From Obrimoposthia wandeli (Eukaryota), in the NCBI GenBank assembly GCA_977020255.1, contig CDROCS010003739.1:1-64000 (forward strand): 64,000 nucleotides of DNA, read 5' to 3'. Position numbers and translations under genes: made by a program. The notes beneath the pieces are model-generated. The model saw only the letters and a list, made by a program, of their open reading frames with translations. It was not told the origin of the DNA and made no database searches. Of this stretch, positions 41,725 to 52,765 are shown piece by piece. Each line of letters starts with the position of its first letter. Within the stretch, counting starts at the first letter, position 1.

Positions 41725-42360
41725 CTATTGGGTTAAATCCATTTGCTGTAATACAATCACGGCTTGAGTACGATTCTTAACCCCGAGTTTACGAAAAATA
41801 GCCGTCATGTGGGCTTTGATTGTCGCTTCTGACACCGTCAACTCATACGCAATTTGCTTATTTAGCAGACCATCAGACAGCATGCATAGCACTTTATATT
41901 GCTGGGGGGTTAATGAGGCTATTTTCTGGGCGAGATCATTAATTTCATCATCTTCATTCCCGAGCCCTTCAGGAAAAAAAGGTTCTCCATCGAGCACTTG
42001 ATGTAGAGCACTGATTAGCGCGCGCATATCACTTGATTTAGGAATAAAACCAAATGCACCATGACTGCGAACCTGCTTAATAACCGTAATCTCTTCACTG
42101 GCGGATATCACGACGATGGGTAAGTCTGGGTATTGGTTGCGCAATTGAATTAAACCTGACATACCATTTGCGCCCGGCATTTTTAAATCGAGCAGCAATA
42201 AGTCAACGTCATGTTCTTTGTCTAATAAGCTGAGCAGGGTATCAAGCGATTCAGCTTCGAGTAAATTGGCACCACTGATCGCCATATGCACAGATTGAAA
42301 AAGTGCATTACGAAACAAGGGGTGATCATCAGCGATAACAATCGTGTATTGAGCGTCCAT
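41725..42360 (-). CDS. crbR: NarL/LuxR-family response regulator, cognate of CrbS
   Basis: IADDHPLFR, LLDLKMPG, LTPQQYKVL..GLLNKQIAYEL.VSEATIKAH. Sits in the acetate locus. Confidence 0.85.
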   Translation of the reverse strand: MDAQYTIVIADDHPLFRNALFQSVHMAISGANLLEAESLDTLLSLLDKEHDVDLLLLDLKMPGANGMSGLIQLRNQYPDLPIVVISASEEITVIKQVRSHGAFGFIPKSSDMRALISALHQVLDGEPFFPEGLGNEDDEINDLAQKIASLTPQQYKVLCMLSDGLLNKQIAYELTVSEATIKAHMTAIFRKLGVKNRTQAVIVLQQMDLTQ

Positions 42361-42541
42361 GACTACCTTTTCATTATTATTTTTAGTTACGCTATCACTG
42401 CTATAAAGCCAGATCAATTCGTTAACACTCAAGATAAGAGCTAGATCAGTCCTTTGGTTTACCGTGATGTAATGCATGATGAAATTGTAGTTAAGTTGTT
42501 TAAACATATAGTCGCTATGTTATGAGGGAATGTAACTATTT

Positions 42542-43702
42542 ATGAGCCAAGGGATGATCCGAAAAATTGATCAACGAAATGATGGCCAACGTTATTTTGA
42601 GCAACAACAATTTCAACGCCAGGAGCAGGGCTGGAAGTTAATTATTGGCACTTCGGTATTGTTATTAGCGTTAGTGGCCGTAGAGTTGTTTTGGTTGGTG
42701 CCAACGTCGAGCAGTTCGAGTAAATCTACCTTTAGTGGATTTGTTGCGGTGATTGGTATTATCTCCTCTGTGCTCTGGCTCGTTGTTCAGGCCGTACCAT
42801 TTAAAGTGCGCTGGCAAAGTGTTTCCGTCGCGCTGGCGTGTTTATTGGGTGGCGGATGGGCGCTGCTCTTTCCATTACTGATCCAGCAATCTAATTTCTT
42901 TAGCGTTTATGCTTACAGTGATCTGTTTATATTTCTTTCGGTCATTGCGTTTTTTAGTTACCGACCTGCACTGTATCTGGCAGTTTTACCTATCCTCTGC
43001 TCGTTATTAGTAACGGATATGTACTTTGGTGATACCAATAATGCGGTAACATTTCTGAGTATGGGAAGCCGACTGATCATTATTATTGTGGTGCGAGAGT
43101 GTCTTTATCATTGGTTTCATGCCTCAGTCTGGCATGAATTTGAAGAGAAGCGCTTACGTAAGGAGCTGGCATCGGTGGCCTTGATCGATCTGGTTACTGG
43201 GCTGCAAAATGATAAACACTTTGAGCTAATGCTGGATCGGGAAATTATGGCCGCTCGCCGTCATAACAGTGATCTCACCGTGATGATGATTAATATTGAG
43301 CCGATGCATTTGTATGCAATGACGTGTGGTCATCAGGCTTGTGACGATTTACTTAAGCGCGCCACCAAAGGATTACGGCGTGGGGTGTATCGCCCTCGGG
43401 ATTTTATTGCCCGTATCGGTAGCAGTGAATTTGCTTTATTGCTGCCAGATACCGATGCCTCAGGTGCAGAAATTGTTGCCGAGCGTATGCAAAGACATGT
43501 TCATCGTTGCTGCGATATGTTGGTGAAAGGGGAGTTAGAGCAACCAATGGCTGTCATGATTACCATTGTGGAATGGGCACCAAGCGTAAATGTGAGAACA
43601 ATGCACAGGTATATGCGGGATGCTCGCAGTCAGCTAAACCTTGATGAGCCGCAGAAGTGTGCAGATAGCGTGTCGTATTATGATCCCGTGAAGTATCGTT
43701 GA
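42542..43702 (+). CDS. Membrane-anchored degenerate GGDEF protein (likely c-di-GMP effector)
   Basis: 5-6 TM helices. D.VTGLQN, RPRD I-site, active site GSSEF. Confidence 0.8.
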   Translation: MSQGMIRKIDQRNDGQRYFEQQQFQRQEQGWKLIIGTSVLLLALVAVELFWLVPTSSSSSKSTFSGFVAVIGIISSVLWLVVQAVPFKVRWQSVSVALACLLGGGWALLFPLLIQQSNFFSVYAYSDLFIFLSVIAFFSYRPALYLAVLPILCSLLVTDMYFGDTNNAVTFLSMGSRLIIIIVVRECLYHWFHASVWHEFEEKRLRKELASVALIDLVTGLQNDKHFELMLDREIMAARRHNSDLTVMMINIEPMHLYAMTCGHQACDDLLKRATKGLRRGVYRPRDFIARIGSSEFALLLPDTDASGAEIVAERMQRHVHRCCDMLVKGELEQPMAVMITIVEWAPSVNVRTMHRYMRDARSQLNLDEPQKCADSVSYYDPVKYR

Positions 43703-43705
43703 ATA

Positions 43706-43737
43706 TAAAAAAAGAGCACATCATGTGCTCTTTTTTT
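43706..43737. terminator. Bidirectional terminator GGDEF / dsbD
   Basis: aaaaaagagcaca-tca-tgtgctctttttt. Confidence 0.85.
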
Positions 43738-43751
43738 CGCTTTTATCTGAC

Positions 43752-45674
43752 TCAGTTAGCGAGTCGTTGTTTATCTAAGTGCTTGAGAAAGGGTTTAGCT
43801 TTCATAAATCCCGTCAATCGAGCATTAGGCACTCGGTTTCCCTGACCATCCCAGAAATCGAGAGTCGGTAAGCCTAGTACGTCTAGTTCCTGTAGTAGCT
43901 TGATGTCTTGCGGTGAGCTTTTTGTCACATCGGCTTGCAGCAAAACAAACTTGTTTAACTCGGGCATAACCGATGCATCATGGAAGGTGTACTTTTCAAA
44001 CTCTTTACACGCCACACACCAGTCAGCGTAAAAATCTAACATTACGGGTTTGCCTTGTGCTTTTGCCGCAGCTAATGCGCTATTAAGCTCGTTGATATTG
44101 GCGATACGTTGAAACTCGATGTTATTCGACTCACTTGTTGTTGTTGTTGGTTGCGTGCCAGTAATCGCTTGATACAAAGGCTGGGTAGCAAGAAATAACC
44201 CCAAAATAGCCACGACAGCGAGTGTACTGCTACGCCATGATGTCGGCATGGAGGTTTTGATGTGATATAACCAACCAAATGCTGCAATGCCTAATGCAGA
44301 CCATAAATAAGGCACCCACTGGTGCGGTAAAATACGCTCTAGTAAGAAAATCGGCACGGCTAATAAAATAAACCCGAAGAATATCTTCACATGAATCATC
44401 CAATTCCCCGCTTTAGGTAGCAGCTTATTACCAAACATCGCGGCAAGAATAAGAGGGATCCCCATACCAATGGCGAGTGCATACAGGGCGATGGCACCCG
44501 TTAATAAATCACCACTTTGCGCGACATACATTAACGCGCCAGATAATGGCGCTGTTGTGCAGGGTGAGCAGACCAAACCAGAGATTGCTCCCATAGCAAA
44601 TACACCCCCGACACTGCCACCTTGTTGCTTGTTACTTAGCCCACTTAACCATGTTTGCACACTGCTTGGCAGCTGTAAGGTATAAGCCCCGAACATGGAT
44701 AGTGCAAGCAACACAAACATCACACTTAATGTAATTAACACATAAGGGTGCTGCAATGCTGCCTGAAATTGCATGCCAGCAGAAGCAACCACTAACCCTA
44801 ATAAGGTGTAGGTAAGCGCCATTCCTTGCACATAAATAAAGGCTAAGCGAAATGCCCGACCTTGGCTGAGCTTACCGCCACCTAAAACAATACCGGTCAG
44901 AATGGGGTACATAGGAAGTACACATGGCGTAAACGCTAAACCGACACCTAAAGCAAGGAACAGGAAGGGAGTCCACCATTGAGCGGCAAGATCGCTAGCC
45001 AGTTGATCTTGTTGCGTGGCAGGTGCTGTTGCCGAGTTTGTTGCTGCAAGGCTTGAAGTATTGGTTGGTTGTACGGTTGGTGTTATGGCAGACGTTTGAG
45101 CCTGCTGAACAGTACCTTCGCGAGTATCTATGTTATCAGCTGTGTTAGTACTCACTTTTGCTTTTGAGCCTATAACCGCGGATAGAGGCACTTGACGAAC
45201 TTCTGGTGGGTAGCAAAATCCGGCTTTGGCACAGCCTTGATAACGGACGGTGAGTGTCGAGTTATTTGTGGCTTCAAGAACGGGGACACTCACTGTTAAT
45301 GGGTCGGTATAAATAGTGACTTGCCCAAAGAATTCATCTTTGTATGGTTTGCCCGTCGGTATGTCAATCTGACCCAGTTGCGCATTATTAGTTGTAACCG
45401 ATAATTGATGTTGGTACAGGTAGTAACCCGGTTTAATTTGCCAATCAAGGTAAACACGATCGCCCTGTTGACTAAAATTAAACGGAAAGGCTTCATCAAC
45501 AGTGACAAATTTATTGGTGCTTTGGCTATCACTGAAGAGCCCTGATACCGAAAATTCAGCGCGTGTAGGTAAGCTAAATACACTAATTAGCAGCGTTACC
45601 AGTATTAAACAGAGGGAAACGATGCGGGGTATTCCGCGATTTTTTTTCAATCCAATCATGCTTATTTGACTCAT
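43752..45674 (-). CDS. dsbD: Thiol:disulfide interchange protein DsbD
   Basis: Alpha domain [11 protein letters not shown], beta domain TPCVLPM / SPCTTAP, gamma domain WCVACK. Long Thr/Ala/Gln-rich linker. Confidence 0.96.
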   Translation of the reverse strand: MSQISMIGLKKNRGIPRIVSLCLILVTLLISVFSLPTRAEFSVSGLFSDSQSTNKFVTVDEAFPFNFSQQGDRVYLDWQIKPGYYLYQHQLSVTTNNAQLGQIDIPTGKPYKDEFFGQVTIYTDPLTVSVPVLEATNNSTLTVRYQGCAKAGFCYPPEVRQVPLSAVIGSKAKVSTNTADNIDTREGTVQQAQTSAITPTVQPTNTSSLAATNSATAPATQQDQLASDLAAQWWTPFLFLALGVGLAFTPCVLPMYPILTGIVLGGGKLSQGRAFRLAFIYVQGMALTYTLLGLVVASAGMQFQAALQHPYVLITLSVMFVLLALSMFGAYTLQLPSSVQTWLSGLSNKQQGGSVGGVFAMGAISGLVCSPCTTAPLSGALMYVAQSGDLLTGAIALYALAIGMGIPLILAAMFGNKLLPKAGNWMIHVKIFFGFILLAVPIFLLERILPHQWVPYLWSALGIAAFGWLYHIKTSMPTSWRSSTLAVVAILGLFLATQPLYQAITGTQPTTTTSESNNIEFQRIANINELNSALAAAKAQGKPVMLDFYADWCVACKEFEKYTFHDASVMPELNKFVLLQADVTKSSPQDIKLLQELDVLGLPTLDFWDGQGNRVPNARLTGFMKAKPFLKHLDKQRLAN

Positions 45675-45887
45675 CTACAGGAGGTCCCTGATTAGGCTAT
45701 TTTATCGATTAGGGATAGATTAATGACAGTAACGTCTCGTTCTCGTTAGCGCTATTATTATAACTATACCCAAGTTACCTCAAGATGCTCGTTTCAGCGA
45801 GAATTTGTTGGGCTCTAGGCAAGGCGCTTATTTATATTCTCTAGGACCGCCGTTTAAACATATTAGTTTCATTGTTGAGCAATATCT

Positions 45888-46784
45888 TTATGTTCCTGTC
45901 AGTGCATTTCGCATGAAATTGATAAAACATGTTATATGGCTCGGTACATACCCTAAGCGTTGATACAGCATATAGATGGGACGAGGGGGTGAATACCAAT
46001 CATCCATCATGGTGGTGAGTCTTGCTTGTTTTAAAGCATCAGCCACGACGTAGTTAGGCAAACACGAGATACCTAATCCACTGATTGCTGCTTGTTTAAC
46101 ACTGTTTAAATCGGCAATAGCCATGCGCACTGGAGAGTTAATCCAGATCGTTTCAGGGTGTGCTAAATCAGTTTTGTAAGTAAGTGCCCACTCAAATTCA
46201 GGTACCGTTGCCAAGCGGGCGTGGTGGTTTAATTCATCTGGGTGATGCGGTATACCATATTGTGCAAGGTATTCTGGTGATGCGACGAGCGTACGTTGTG
46301 ATTCGCCAATTCTGGCAGCGGCAAAGCTGGAATTGGGCTGTTGCCCCACTCGAAAAACAACATCGTATTGCTCTGGGCTGTAATCATGGTGTTGATTCGA
46401 TAAATGATTAAGCGAAAGCGTAACTTCAGGATAAAGCGCCAAAAACTGATTGAACAATGGCATGAGCTGATACGTCAGTAAACCTACAGGGGCTGAAATC
46501 CTTAATGCGCCTCTTGGATTTGAGCTGCTGGTATCCATTAATTCACTGGTCGTGGCTTGTAATTCGTCAAGCAAGGGCTGGCAACGTTCGAAGTAATCTC
46601 GCCCTAATGGGGTTAATGCGACATTGCGGCTATCGCGAATAACCAGTTGGCTACCAAGGGTATCTTCTAATCGTTGTAATCGGCGGCTCAGGGTCGCGGG
46701 GGGGACGTCTAACGCACTGGCTGCAGCTCTAAAACTTCCATGTTGGGCTATCGCAATCAGAGCGCGTAGGTCATCTAACTTCAT
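45888..46784 (-). CDS. LysR-family regulator (DmlR/CrgA-like)
   Basis: GSFRAAA..L.VPPATLSRRLQRLE..LG.QL..R, PRGALRISAP. Confidence 0.92.
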   Translation of the reverse strand: MKLDDLRALIAIAQHGSFRAAASALDVPPATLSRRLQRLEDTLGSQLVIRDSRNVALTPLGRDYFERCQPLLDELQATTSELMDTSSSNPRGALRISAPVGLLTYQLMPLFNQFLALYPEVTLSLNHLSNQHHDYSPEQYDVVFRVGQQPNSSFAAARIGESQRTLVASPEYLAQYGIPHHPDELNHHARLATVPEFEWALTYKTDLAHPETIWINSPVRMAIADLNSVKQAAISGLGISCLPNYVVADALKQARLTTMMDDWYSPPRPIYMLYQRLGYVPSHITCFINFMRNALTGT

Positions 46785-47296
46785 ACCATTTTTGCATCGC
46801 TGCATAACGCTTTTACCTCTATCACATGGCTTCTTTAATCTATTATTATAAGTGTTCAGGCTTTCCTGTCTTAAGCCTGAACTGTAACAAACTGAGACGT
46901 ATCAAATAAGTTGTTGGGGAAAATAGCTTGTTTGGCTCGAACAAAGACGATGGGAATCCGTGTTTGTTCATGGTCTTCGCCCTAGGATGGGGCGGAGATT
47001 TAATTCTTCACTTTACCGCTATCATGAGCAATCAGCTCAGTCTTCAAAACATCCTCAGACTCGTTGTGTTTTCTCACGGTCTTCAATTTTTATTTAATAC
47101 CAATCTAGATAAATCTCTGATCATCCTTGCTGATTAAAATCACTCATAACTACGTTATAAAATTTATCATTAGAACGACGATTCACTGCAATTTCTGCCT
47201 TGTTATTATCAATTTGCTCTGCGCAATTATCTGATCATTTACTGATTAAAAATGGTACGGCTAGACGCTGGCACGTGAAACTTATCCATATAAAAG

Positions 47297-47320
47297 AAAA
47301 AGGCCACCCGAAGGTAGCCT
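47297..47320 (-). terminator. dcuA terminator
   Basis: Minus strand aggctacc-ttcg-ggtggcc-ttttt. Confidence 0.8.
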
Positions 47321-47344
47321 TAGTTATATGTGCTTGTTTAGCGA

Positions 47345-48652
47345 TTAAAGAATAATGCCGCCAATCAAGAAGCCTAGACCTACTGACGTAGAGATAGTGA
47401 CCACACCTGGAATAAAGAATGGGTGGTTAAATACAAGGTTACCGATACGTGTAGAGCCTGTGTCATCCATCTCAACCGCTGCTAGTAGCGTTGGGTAAGT
47501 AGGAAGTACAAACAGTGCACTTACTGCTGCAAAAGATGCGATAGCAGTAAGAGGAGCAACACCGATAGCCAATGCTGCAGGCATTAGTGCTACAGTGGTT
47601 GCGCCTTGAGAGTAAAGCAACATAGATGCAAGGAACAAGATAAGTGCTAGCATCCATGGGTAGTCACTAAGTAGTGAACCCGCGACTTCTTTAATGCCAT
47701 CAACGTGTGAGTTAACGAACGTAGAACCTAACCATGCCACACCTAATACACAGATACATGCTGTCATACCAGAACGGAATGTTGGTGCTGCTGCAATTTT
47801 AGAAGCATCGATTTTTGTGAAAGTCACGATAGCTGCTGCTGCTGCTAGCATAACTGCCATGATTGCTTCGTTACGGCCAAGTGCAGGGTTTTCAATAAGA
47901 CCTACAGAGCTTGAGATTGCTGCTGCGTAGCAAACAACAAATGCGATAGCGCCAAGGAAGATGTACGTTGCAGGCTTCGCTGTTGGTAGAATCTCACGCT
48001 TATCAGAACCTTTAAGCTTGATAAGACCTTTTGCTAGGCGATCTTGATAGATAGGGTCATCTTTTAGTTCACAGCCTAGGAAGTTAGCAACGAATGCACC
48101 AACCATACATGCGATAAACGTTGTTGGAATACAAATCGCAAGCAGTGTTAAGTAACCGATGCCCATTGGTTCAAGCAGGCCAGAGAAGAAAACAACCGCC
48201 GCTGAAATTGGTGATGCAGTGATCGCAACCTGAGATGCAACAACCGCAATAGAGAGTGGGCGTGAAGGGCGAATGCCTTGCTCTTTCGCGACTTCAGCAA
48301 TAACTGGAAGCGTAGAGAATGCAGTGTGTCCTGTACCCGCCATCAGTGTCATAAAATATGTCACGATTGGCGCGTAAAAAGTAATGTGTTTAGGGTTTTT
48401 TCGAAGGAAGTTTTCTGCTAATTCAACCAACCAGTCCATACCACCCGCTACCTGCATTGCTGCAATCGCTGTGATAACTGACATGATAATTAAAATTACA
48501 TCAACCGGAATAAATGATTGGCTTGTTGGTACCCCTAAAATTAGCGATAACACAATAACACCAGCACCACCGGCAAGGCCGATTCCAATACCACCAATTC
48601 TTGCGCCTAAATAAATAAACGCGAGAACAACAAATAGTTCTACACCAATCAT
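47345..48652 (-). CDS. dcuA: Anaerobic C4-dicarboxylate transporter DcuA
   Basis: GARIGGIGIG, AGTGHTAFSTLPVI, LPTYPTLLAAVEMDDTGSTRIG. Downstream of aspA. Confidence 0.93.
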   Translation of the reverse strand: MIGVELFVVLAFIYLGARIGGIGIGLAGGAGVIVLSLILGVPTSQSFIPVDVILIIMSVITAIAAMQVAGGMDWLVELAENFLRKNPKHITFYAPIVTYFMTLMAGTGHTAFSTLPVIAEVAKEQGIRPSRPLSIAVVASQVAITASPISAAVVFFSGLLEPMGIGYLTLLAICIPTTFIACMVGAFVANFLGCELKDDPIYQDRLAKGLIKLKGSDKREILPTAKPATYIFLGAIAFVVCYAAAISSSVGLIENPALGRNEAIMAVMLAAAAAIVTFTKIDASKIAAAPTFRSGMTACICVLGVAWLGSTFVNSHVDGIKEVAGSLLSDYPWMLALILFLASMLLYSQGATTVALMPAALAIGVAPLTAIASFAAVSALFVLPTYPTLLAAVEMDDTGSTRIGNLVFNHPFFIPGVVTISTSVGLGFLIGGIIL

Positions 48653-48778
48653 AAGATTGTCCTGTCTTAAAGTTAAAAAAATAAATAAATAAAAAATAAA
48701 TGGGAATATTGTAGCAAAGAGAGGCGGATTTTCTTCCTGAAAACCCGCTTTATTATTTAGCGGTTACGTTAATTATTA

Positions 48779-50239
48779 TTAGTTATAACGCTTCGCTTTG
48801 TATTCTGGGTGCATTAGGTTTTGTACAGAGAAGATGTCGTCTAGCTGCTCTTCAGTTAGAAGACCACGCTCAAGTACAACTTCGCGTACGTTTTTACCTG
48901 TTTCAGCACAAATCTTACCAACAATGTCACCTTCGTGGTGGCCAATGAATGGGTTTAGGTAAGTAACGATACCGATTGAGTTAAATACGTAACTTTCACA
49001 TACTTCTTTGTTCACTGTGATACCTGATACGCACTTATCACGTAGAGTTACACAAGCGTTTTTCAGAAGTGAAATAGATTCGAACAGTGCTTGACCGATA
49101 ACAGGTTCCATTACGTTCAACTGAAGCTGACCTGCTTCTGCTGCGAAAGTAATTGTTATGTCGTTACCAATAACCTTGAAGCAAACTTGGTTAACTACTT
49201 CAGGAATTACTGGGTTTACTTTTGCTGGCATGATTGAAGAACCCGCCTGCATTTCTGGTAGGTTTAGTTCGTTCAAACCTGTACGAGGACCAGAAGAAAG
49301 TAGGCGTAAATCGTTACAAATCTTAGACAGTTTAACCGCAGTACGCTTAAGAGCACCGTGGATCATTACGTATGCGCCACAGTCAGACGTTGCTTCGATT
49401 AAATCTTCTGCTGGTGTACATGCTAGACCAGTGATTTCAGCAAGACGCTGAACAGCAAGTTCTTGGTAACCAGTCGCAGCGTTTAAGCCAGTACCGATAG
49501 CTGTTGCACCTAAGTTCACTTCAAGTAGAAGATCTGCAGTGTACTTAAGGTTTTTGATTTCTTCTTTAAGAAGAACTGAGTACGCGTGGAATTCTTGACC
49601 AACAGTCATTGGTACAGCATCTTGAAGCTGAGTACGACCCATCTTTAAAACGCCTGCGAATTCTTTATCTTTCGCGTCGAAAGCACCTTTTAGATAATCA
49701 AGTGCTTCAATCATTGTCATGATGCTGTTGTATACAGCAACACGGAAGCCTGTTGGGTATGCACAGTTAGTTGATTGCGATTTGTTTACGTGATCATTAG
49801 GGTTAACGACGTCGTATTCGCCTTTATCTTTACCCATCAGTTCAAGAGCAAGGTTAGCAATAACTTCGTTTGCGTTCATGTTAACTGAAGTACCAGCACC
49901 GCCTTGGTAAACATCAGACGGGAATTGATCCATACACTTACCAGTGTCTAGAATTAAATCACATGCTTGGATGATGTAGTTACCAACTTCTGAAGGAATA
50001 GCGCCTAGTTCTTTGTTCGCCATTGCAGCTGCTTTCTTAGTGAAAACCATACCGCGAACAAAATCAGGAACGTCAGAAATTGTAGTGCTTGAGATGTTGA
50101 AGTTTTCAACAGCGCGAAGTGTGTGGATACCCCAGTAAGCGTCAGCAGGAACGTGACGTTCACCTAGTAAATCTTCTTCAATGCGAGTCGCAACATTTAG
50201 AGTTGCTTCGTTCTTTTCAAGATCAATCATCTGAGACAT
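48779..50239 (-). CDS. aspA: Aspartate ammonia-lyase
   Basis: [33 protein letters not shown]. Confidence 0.98.
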   Translation of the reverse strand: MSQMIDLEKNEATLNVATRIEEDLLGERHVPADAYWGIHTLRAVENFNISSTTISDVPDFVRGMVFTKKAAAMANKELGAIPSEVGNYIIQACDLILDTGKCMDQFPSDVYQGGAGTSVNMNANEVIANLALELMGKDKGEYDVVNPNDHVNKSQSTNCAYPTGFRVAVYNSIMTMIEALDYLKGAFDAKDKEFAGVLKMGRTQLQDAVPMTVGQEFHAYSVLLKEEIKNLKYTADLLLEVNLGATAIGTGLNAATGYQELAVQRLAEITGLACTPAEDLIEATSDCGAYVMIHGALKRTAVKLSKICNDLRLLSSGPRTGLNELNLPEMQAGSSIMPAKVNPVIPEVVNQVCFKVIGNDITITFAAEAGQLQLNVMEPVIGQALFESISLLKNACVTLRDKCVSGITVNKEVCESYVFNSIGIVTYLNPFIGHHEGDIVGKICAETGKNVREVVLERGLLTEEQLDDIFSVQNLMHPEYKAKRYN

Positions 50240-50432
50240 AAATATAGCCTTTATGGGGAATCTGCTAATAAAAATTCAAACTTTGAGCCAGTTCTGAATA
50301 AGAATCCATTCCGCAGAAGTTTTGGCTAGATGATCGTACCTGACACCTTATTTGCTGCCGATAATACTCCCCTTTAGTGGTAAAACCATAACCGAGATCA
50401 CTTTTTTGAAGCACATGAAAACATTTGCACAG

Positions 50433-50454
50433 TAATGAGATCTAACTCACAAAT
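50433..50454. promoter_or_regulatory. CRP site upstream of aspA
   Basis: aaTGAGA-tctaac-TCACAaa (9/10 core match). Confidence 0.65.
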
Positions 50455-50571
50455 ACTGTTAATGGTTAGGTTCTCAATCATGGTGATAAATGAAGGAATG
50501 TAATCAATTGTGAATGAAGTGTGTATTTACGATTGGTAACGAATAATGCGGAGTAGCTTCGCGTCTATTTA

Positions 50572-50599
50572 GTTGAAAAATGCCAAAATAGCCCCATAG
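50572..50599 (+). promoter_or_regulatory. Sigma32 promoter of fxsA
   Basis: GTTGAA-N14-CCCCATAG. fxsA is a known sigma32 target in E. coli. Confidence 0.7.
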
Positions 50600-50691
50600 T
50601 TAATGTATAGATAAAATTTAATATCTTTTTGGTAATACCTCAGTGATGAAGTGTTACCTGTAAGTGAACAACGACCCCTACGAGGTAAGCT

Positions 50692-51249
50692 GTGTTTCCT
50701 GTATTGCTGTTTCTATTTATTCTAGTCCCTATTGTTGAAATTGGATTATTTGTTCAAGTGGGTGGTTTCTTTGGTTTATGGCCAACTCTTGCTTTCGTAT
50801 TGGTAACAGCAGTTGTGGGGGCGTCATTAGTTCGCAGCCAAGGTATTGCGACCTTGATGTCTGTTCAAAGCCGATTACAACAAGGTGAACTACCGGCTCA
50901 ACAAATTGTTGAAGGTGTTATGTTGGCTGTTGCGGGCGTATTGTTATTAACCCCAGGCTTTATGACTGATGCGTTTGGGATGTTGGTGTTATTGCCTGCA
51001 CCCCGCGCCATGCTTGCGAAGCAATTAATGAGCCGTGTAAAAGTGAATGGTATGGGTTCTGGTTTTTCAGCAGGGTTTGGCGGTGGTCAGGGTTTTGACA
51101 ATCAAAGCCCGTTTGATGGTGCTGAACCTTTTGAACAACAGCATAACCAAAATACACGCAATACTGATAATCAAAACGGTGATGTATTTGATGGTGAGTT
51201 TGAACGTAAAGACGATAAAGATAATGATCAGAATAATCGTTTAAATTAG
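50692..51249 (+). CDS. fxsA: FxsA membrane protein
   Basis: VPIVEIGLF..G, GVLLLTPGFMTD.FG. Confidence 0.95.
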   Translation: MFPVLLFLFILVPIVEIGLFVQVGGFFGLWPTLAFVLVTAVVGASLVRSQGIATLMSVQSRLQQGELPAQQIVEGVMLAVAGVLLLTPGFMTDAFGMLVLLPAPRAMLAKQLMSRVKVNGMGSGFSAGFGGGQGFDNQSPFDGAEPFEQQHNQNTRNTDNQNGDVFDGEFERKDDKDNDQNNRLN

Positions 51250-51379
51250 TTTATCGAATACCAACACAGAGCCTGCGTATAAGTCGACGCAATAAAAAAG
51301 CAGCCATTGGCTGCTTTTTTTGTTCATGCTATTCACATGTTTCAAGGGGGAAAGCGTTATTATTTGTATCGGTATATGT

Positions 51380-52765
51380 CTAAAACCCTGCTTGTTTACG
51401 TATGTGTACAGCATATAGATAAGCACAAATACCGCTGACGATATTGGCAATGGTAATACCAATAAATAATCCTTCAGTGCCATTAAGTTGGCAGCCTAAC
51501 CATGCAGCAGGCAATAAAAAGCCGAATAAACGTAATAAATTCCAGACGAGGGCATGCATTGATTTATGCATCGCATTTAAAGCACTAATTAATAACATAC
51601 ACACAGCTTGAAGCCCGTAGCTGATCGGTACCACTATCAAGTAATGCCACAATTGTTCTTGCACAGCGACATCTTGGCTAAATAAGGCTGATAATGGCCA
51701 ACTGAGCGGAACCATCATCACGAAAATTAACAACTGGAAAATAATGGCAAATCGCATGGCAGTGAACAGGGCTTTAAATGCACGCTCTGGTTTATCGGCC
51801 CCTAAATTTTGCGCCATGAAGGGCATTAATGCCGAGCCTAACGCCATCATGGTAATAACCAGTAACGACTCAATGCGCATTGCTGCACCATAAGCTGCAA
51901 CAGATGTTGTGCCTTGCGTGGCAAGTAACCACATAAGTAATGCACCAGATAATGGATTTAACGCATTGGATAGCCCAGCAGGCATACCAATTTGCATCAC
52001 CTTTTTCCAATCATTAAGCAGTAATGTAGGCTTCGGTCTTGCCAGCATTTTTTCGCGGTAAATTAAAATAAAGAGCGAATACAGTAGGGCGAATGCCCAG
52101 CTTATGCCACTGGCAATCGCGGCACCTTTTACCCCTAATTCAGGAAACGGGCCGTAGCCAAAGATCAATAAAGGATCGAGCACGCCATTGATCAAACCGG
52201 CCAACATCATGATCTTTGCGGGGGTTTTAGTATCACCCGTCGCACGAATCGCACTATTTCCTGCCATCGGAATAACCAGCAATGGGATCGCTAAATACCA
52301 GATACTCATGTATTCACTGATCACGGGCAATAAATCAGGGCTTGCGCCAATGAGTGAAAACAAAGGTTCAATCGTGGTGATACCTAAGCACGATGCTGCA
52401 ATAACCAGTATAACGGCCAATAAAATACCATGGCTGGCAAAGCGCGCTGCTGAATGCCCATCCCCTTGACCTAATAAGCGACCAATATTGGTCGAGATAC
52501 CAATACTGACCCCCATCGTGATGCAATTTACCGCAAAGGTAACGGGAAAAGTGAAGCTGACAGCAGCCAGTGCATCAGTGCCTAATAATGAGATAAAAAA
52601 AGTATCAACGAGGTTGAACATCAAGATCGCGACCATACCAAATACCATAGGTACAGCAAGGCGGCGCAATACATCGGCGATAGGATCAGATAGCAGCCCG
52701 TGTTTGTCGGGGCGTTGATTTACGGTCTTAGGGATTGCCGGCAGGGACCTTTTTTCTTTTAACAT
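51380..52765 (-). CDS. MATE-family efflux transporter
   Basis: FNLVDTFFISLLG, IRATGDTKTP, LDPLLIFG.GP.P.LG..GAA.A. Confidence 0.93.
   Translation of the reverse strand: MLKEKRSLPAIPKTVNQRPDKHGLLSDPIADVLRRLAVPMVFGMVAILMFNLVDTFFISLLGTDALAAVSFTFPVTFAVNCITMGVSIGISTNIGRLLGQGDGHSAARFASHGILLAVILVIAASCLGITTIEPLFSLIGASPDLLPVISEYMSIWYLAIPLLVIPMAGNSAIRATGDTKTPAKIMMLAGLINGVLDPLLIFGYGPFPELGVKGAAIASGISWAFALLYSLFILIYREKMLARPKPTLLLNDWKKVMQIGMPAGLSNALNPLSGALLMWLLATQGTTSVAAYGAAMRIESLLVITMMALGSALMPFMAQNLGADKPERAFKALFTAMRFAIIFQLLIFVMMVPLSWPLSALFSQDVAVQEQLWHYLIVVPISYGLQAVCMLLISALNAMHKSMHALVWNLLRLFGFLLPAAWLGCQLNGTEGLFIGITIANIVSGICAYLYAVHIRKQAGF

Noticed and set aside
46928-47137. 69-aa plus-strand ORF divergent from LysR
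   Set aside because: TTG start without SD and no recognisable motif.
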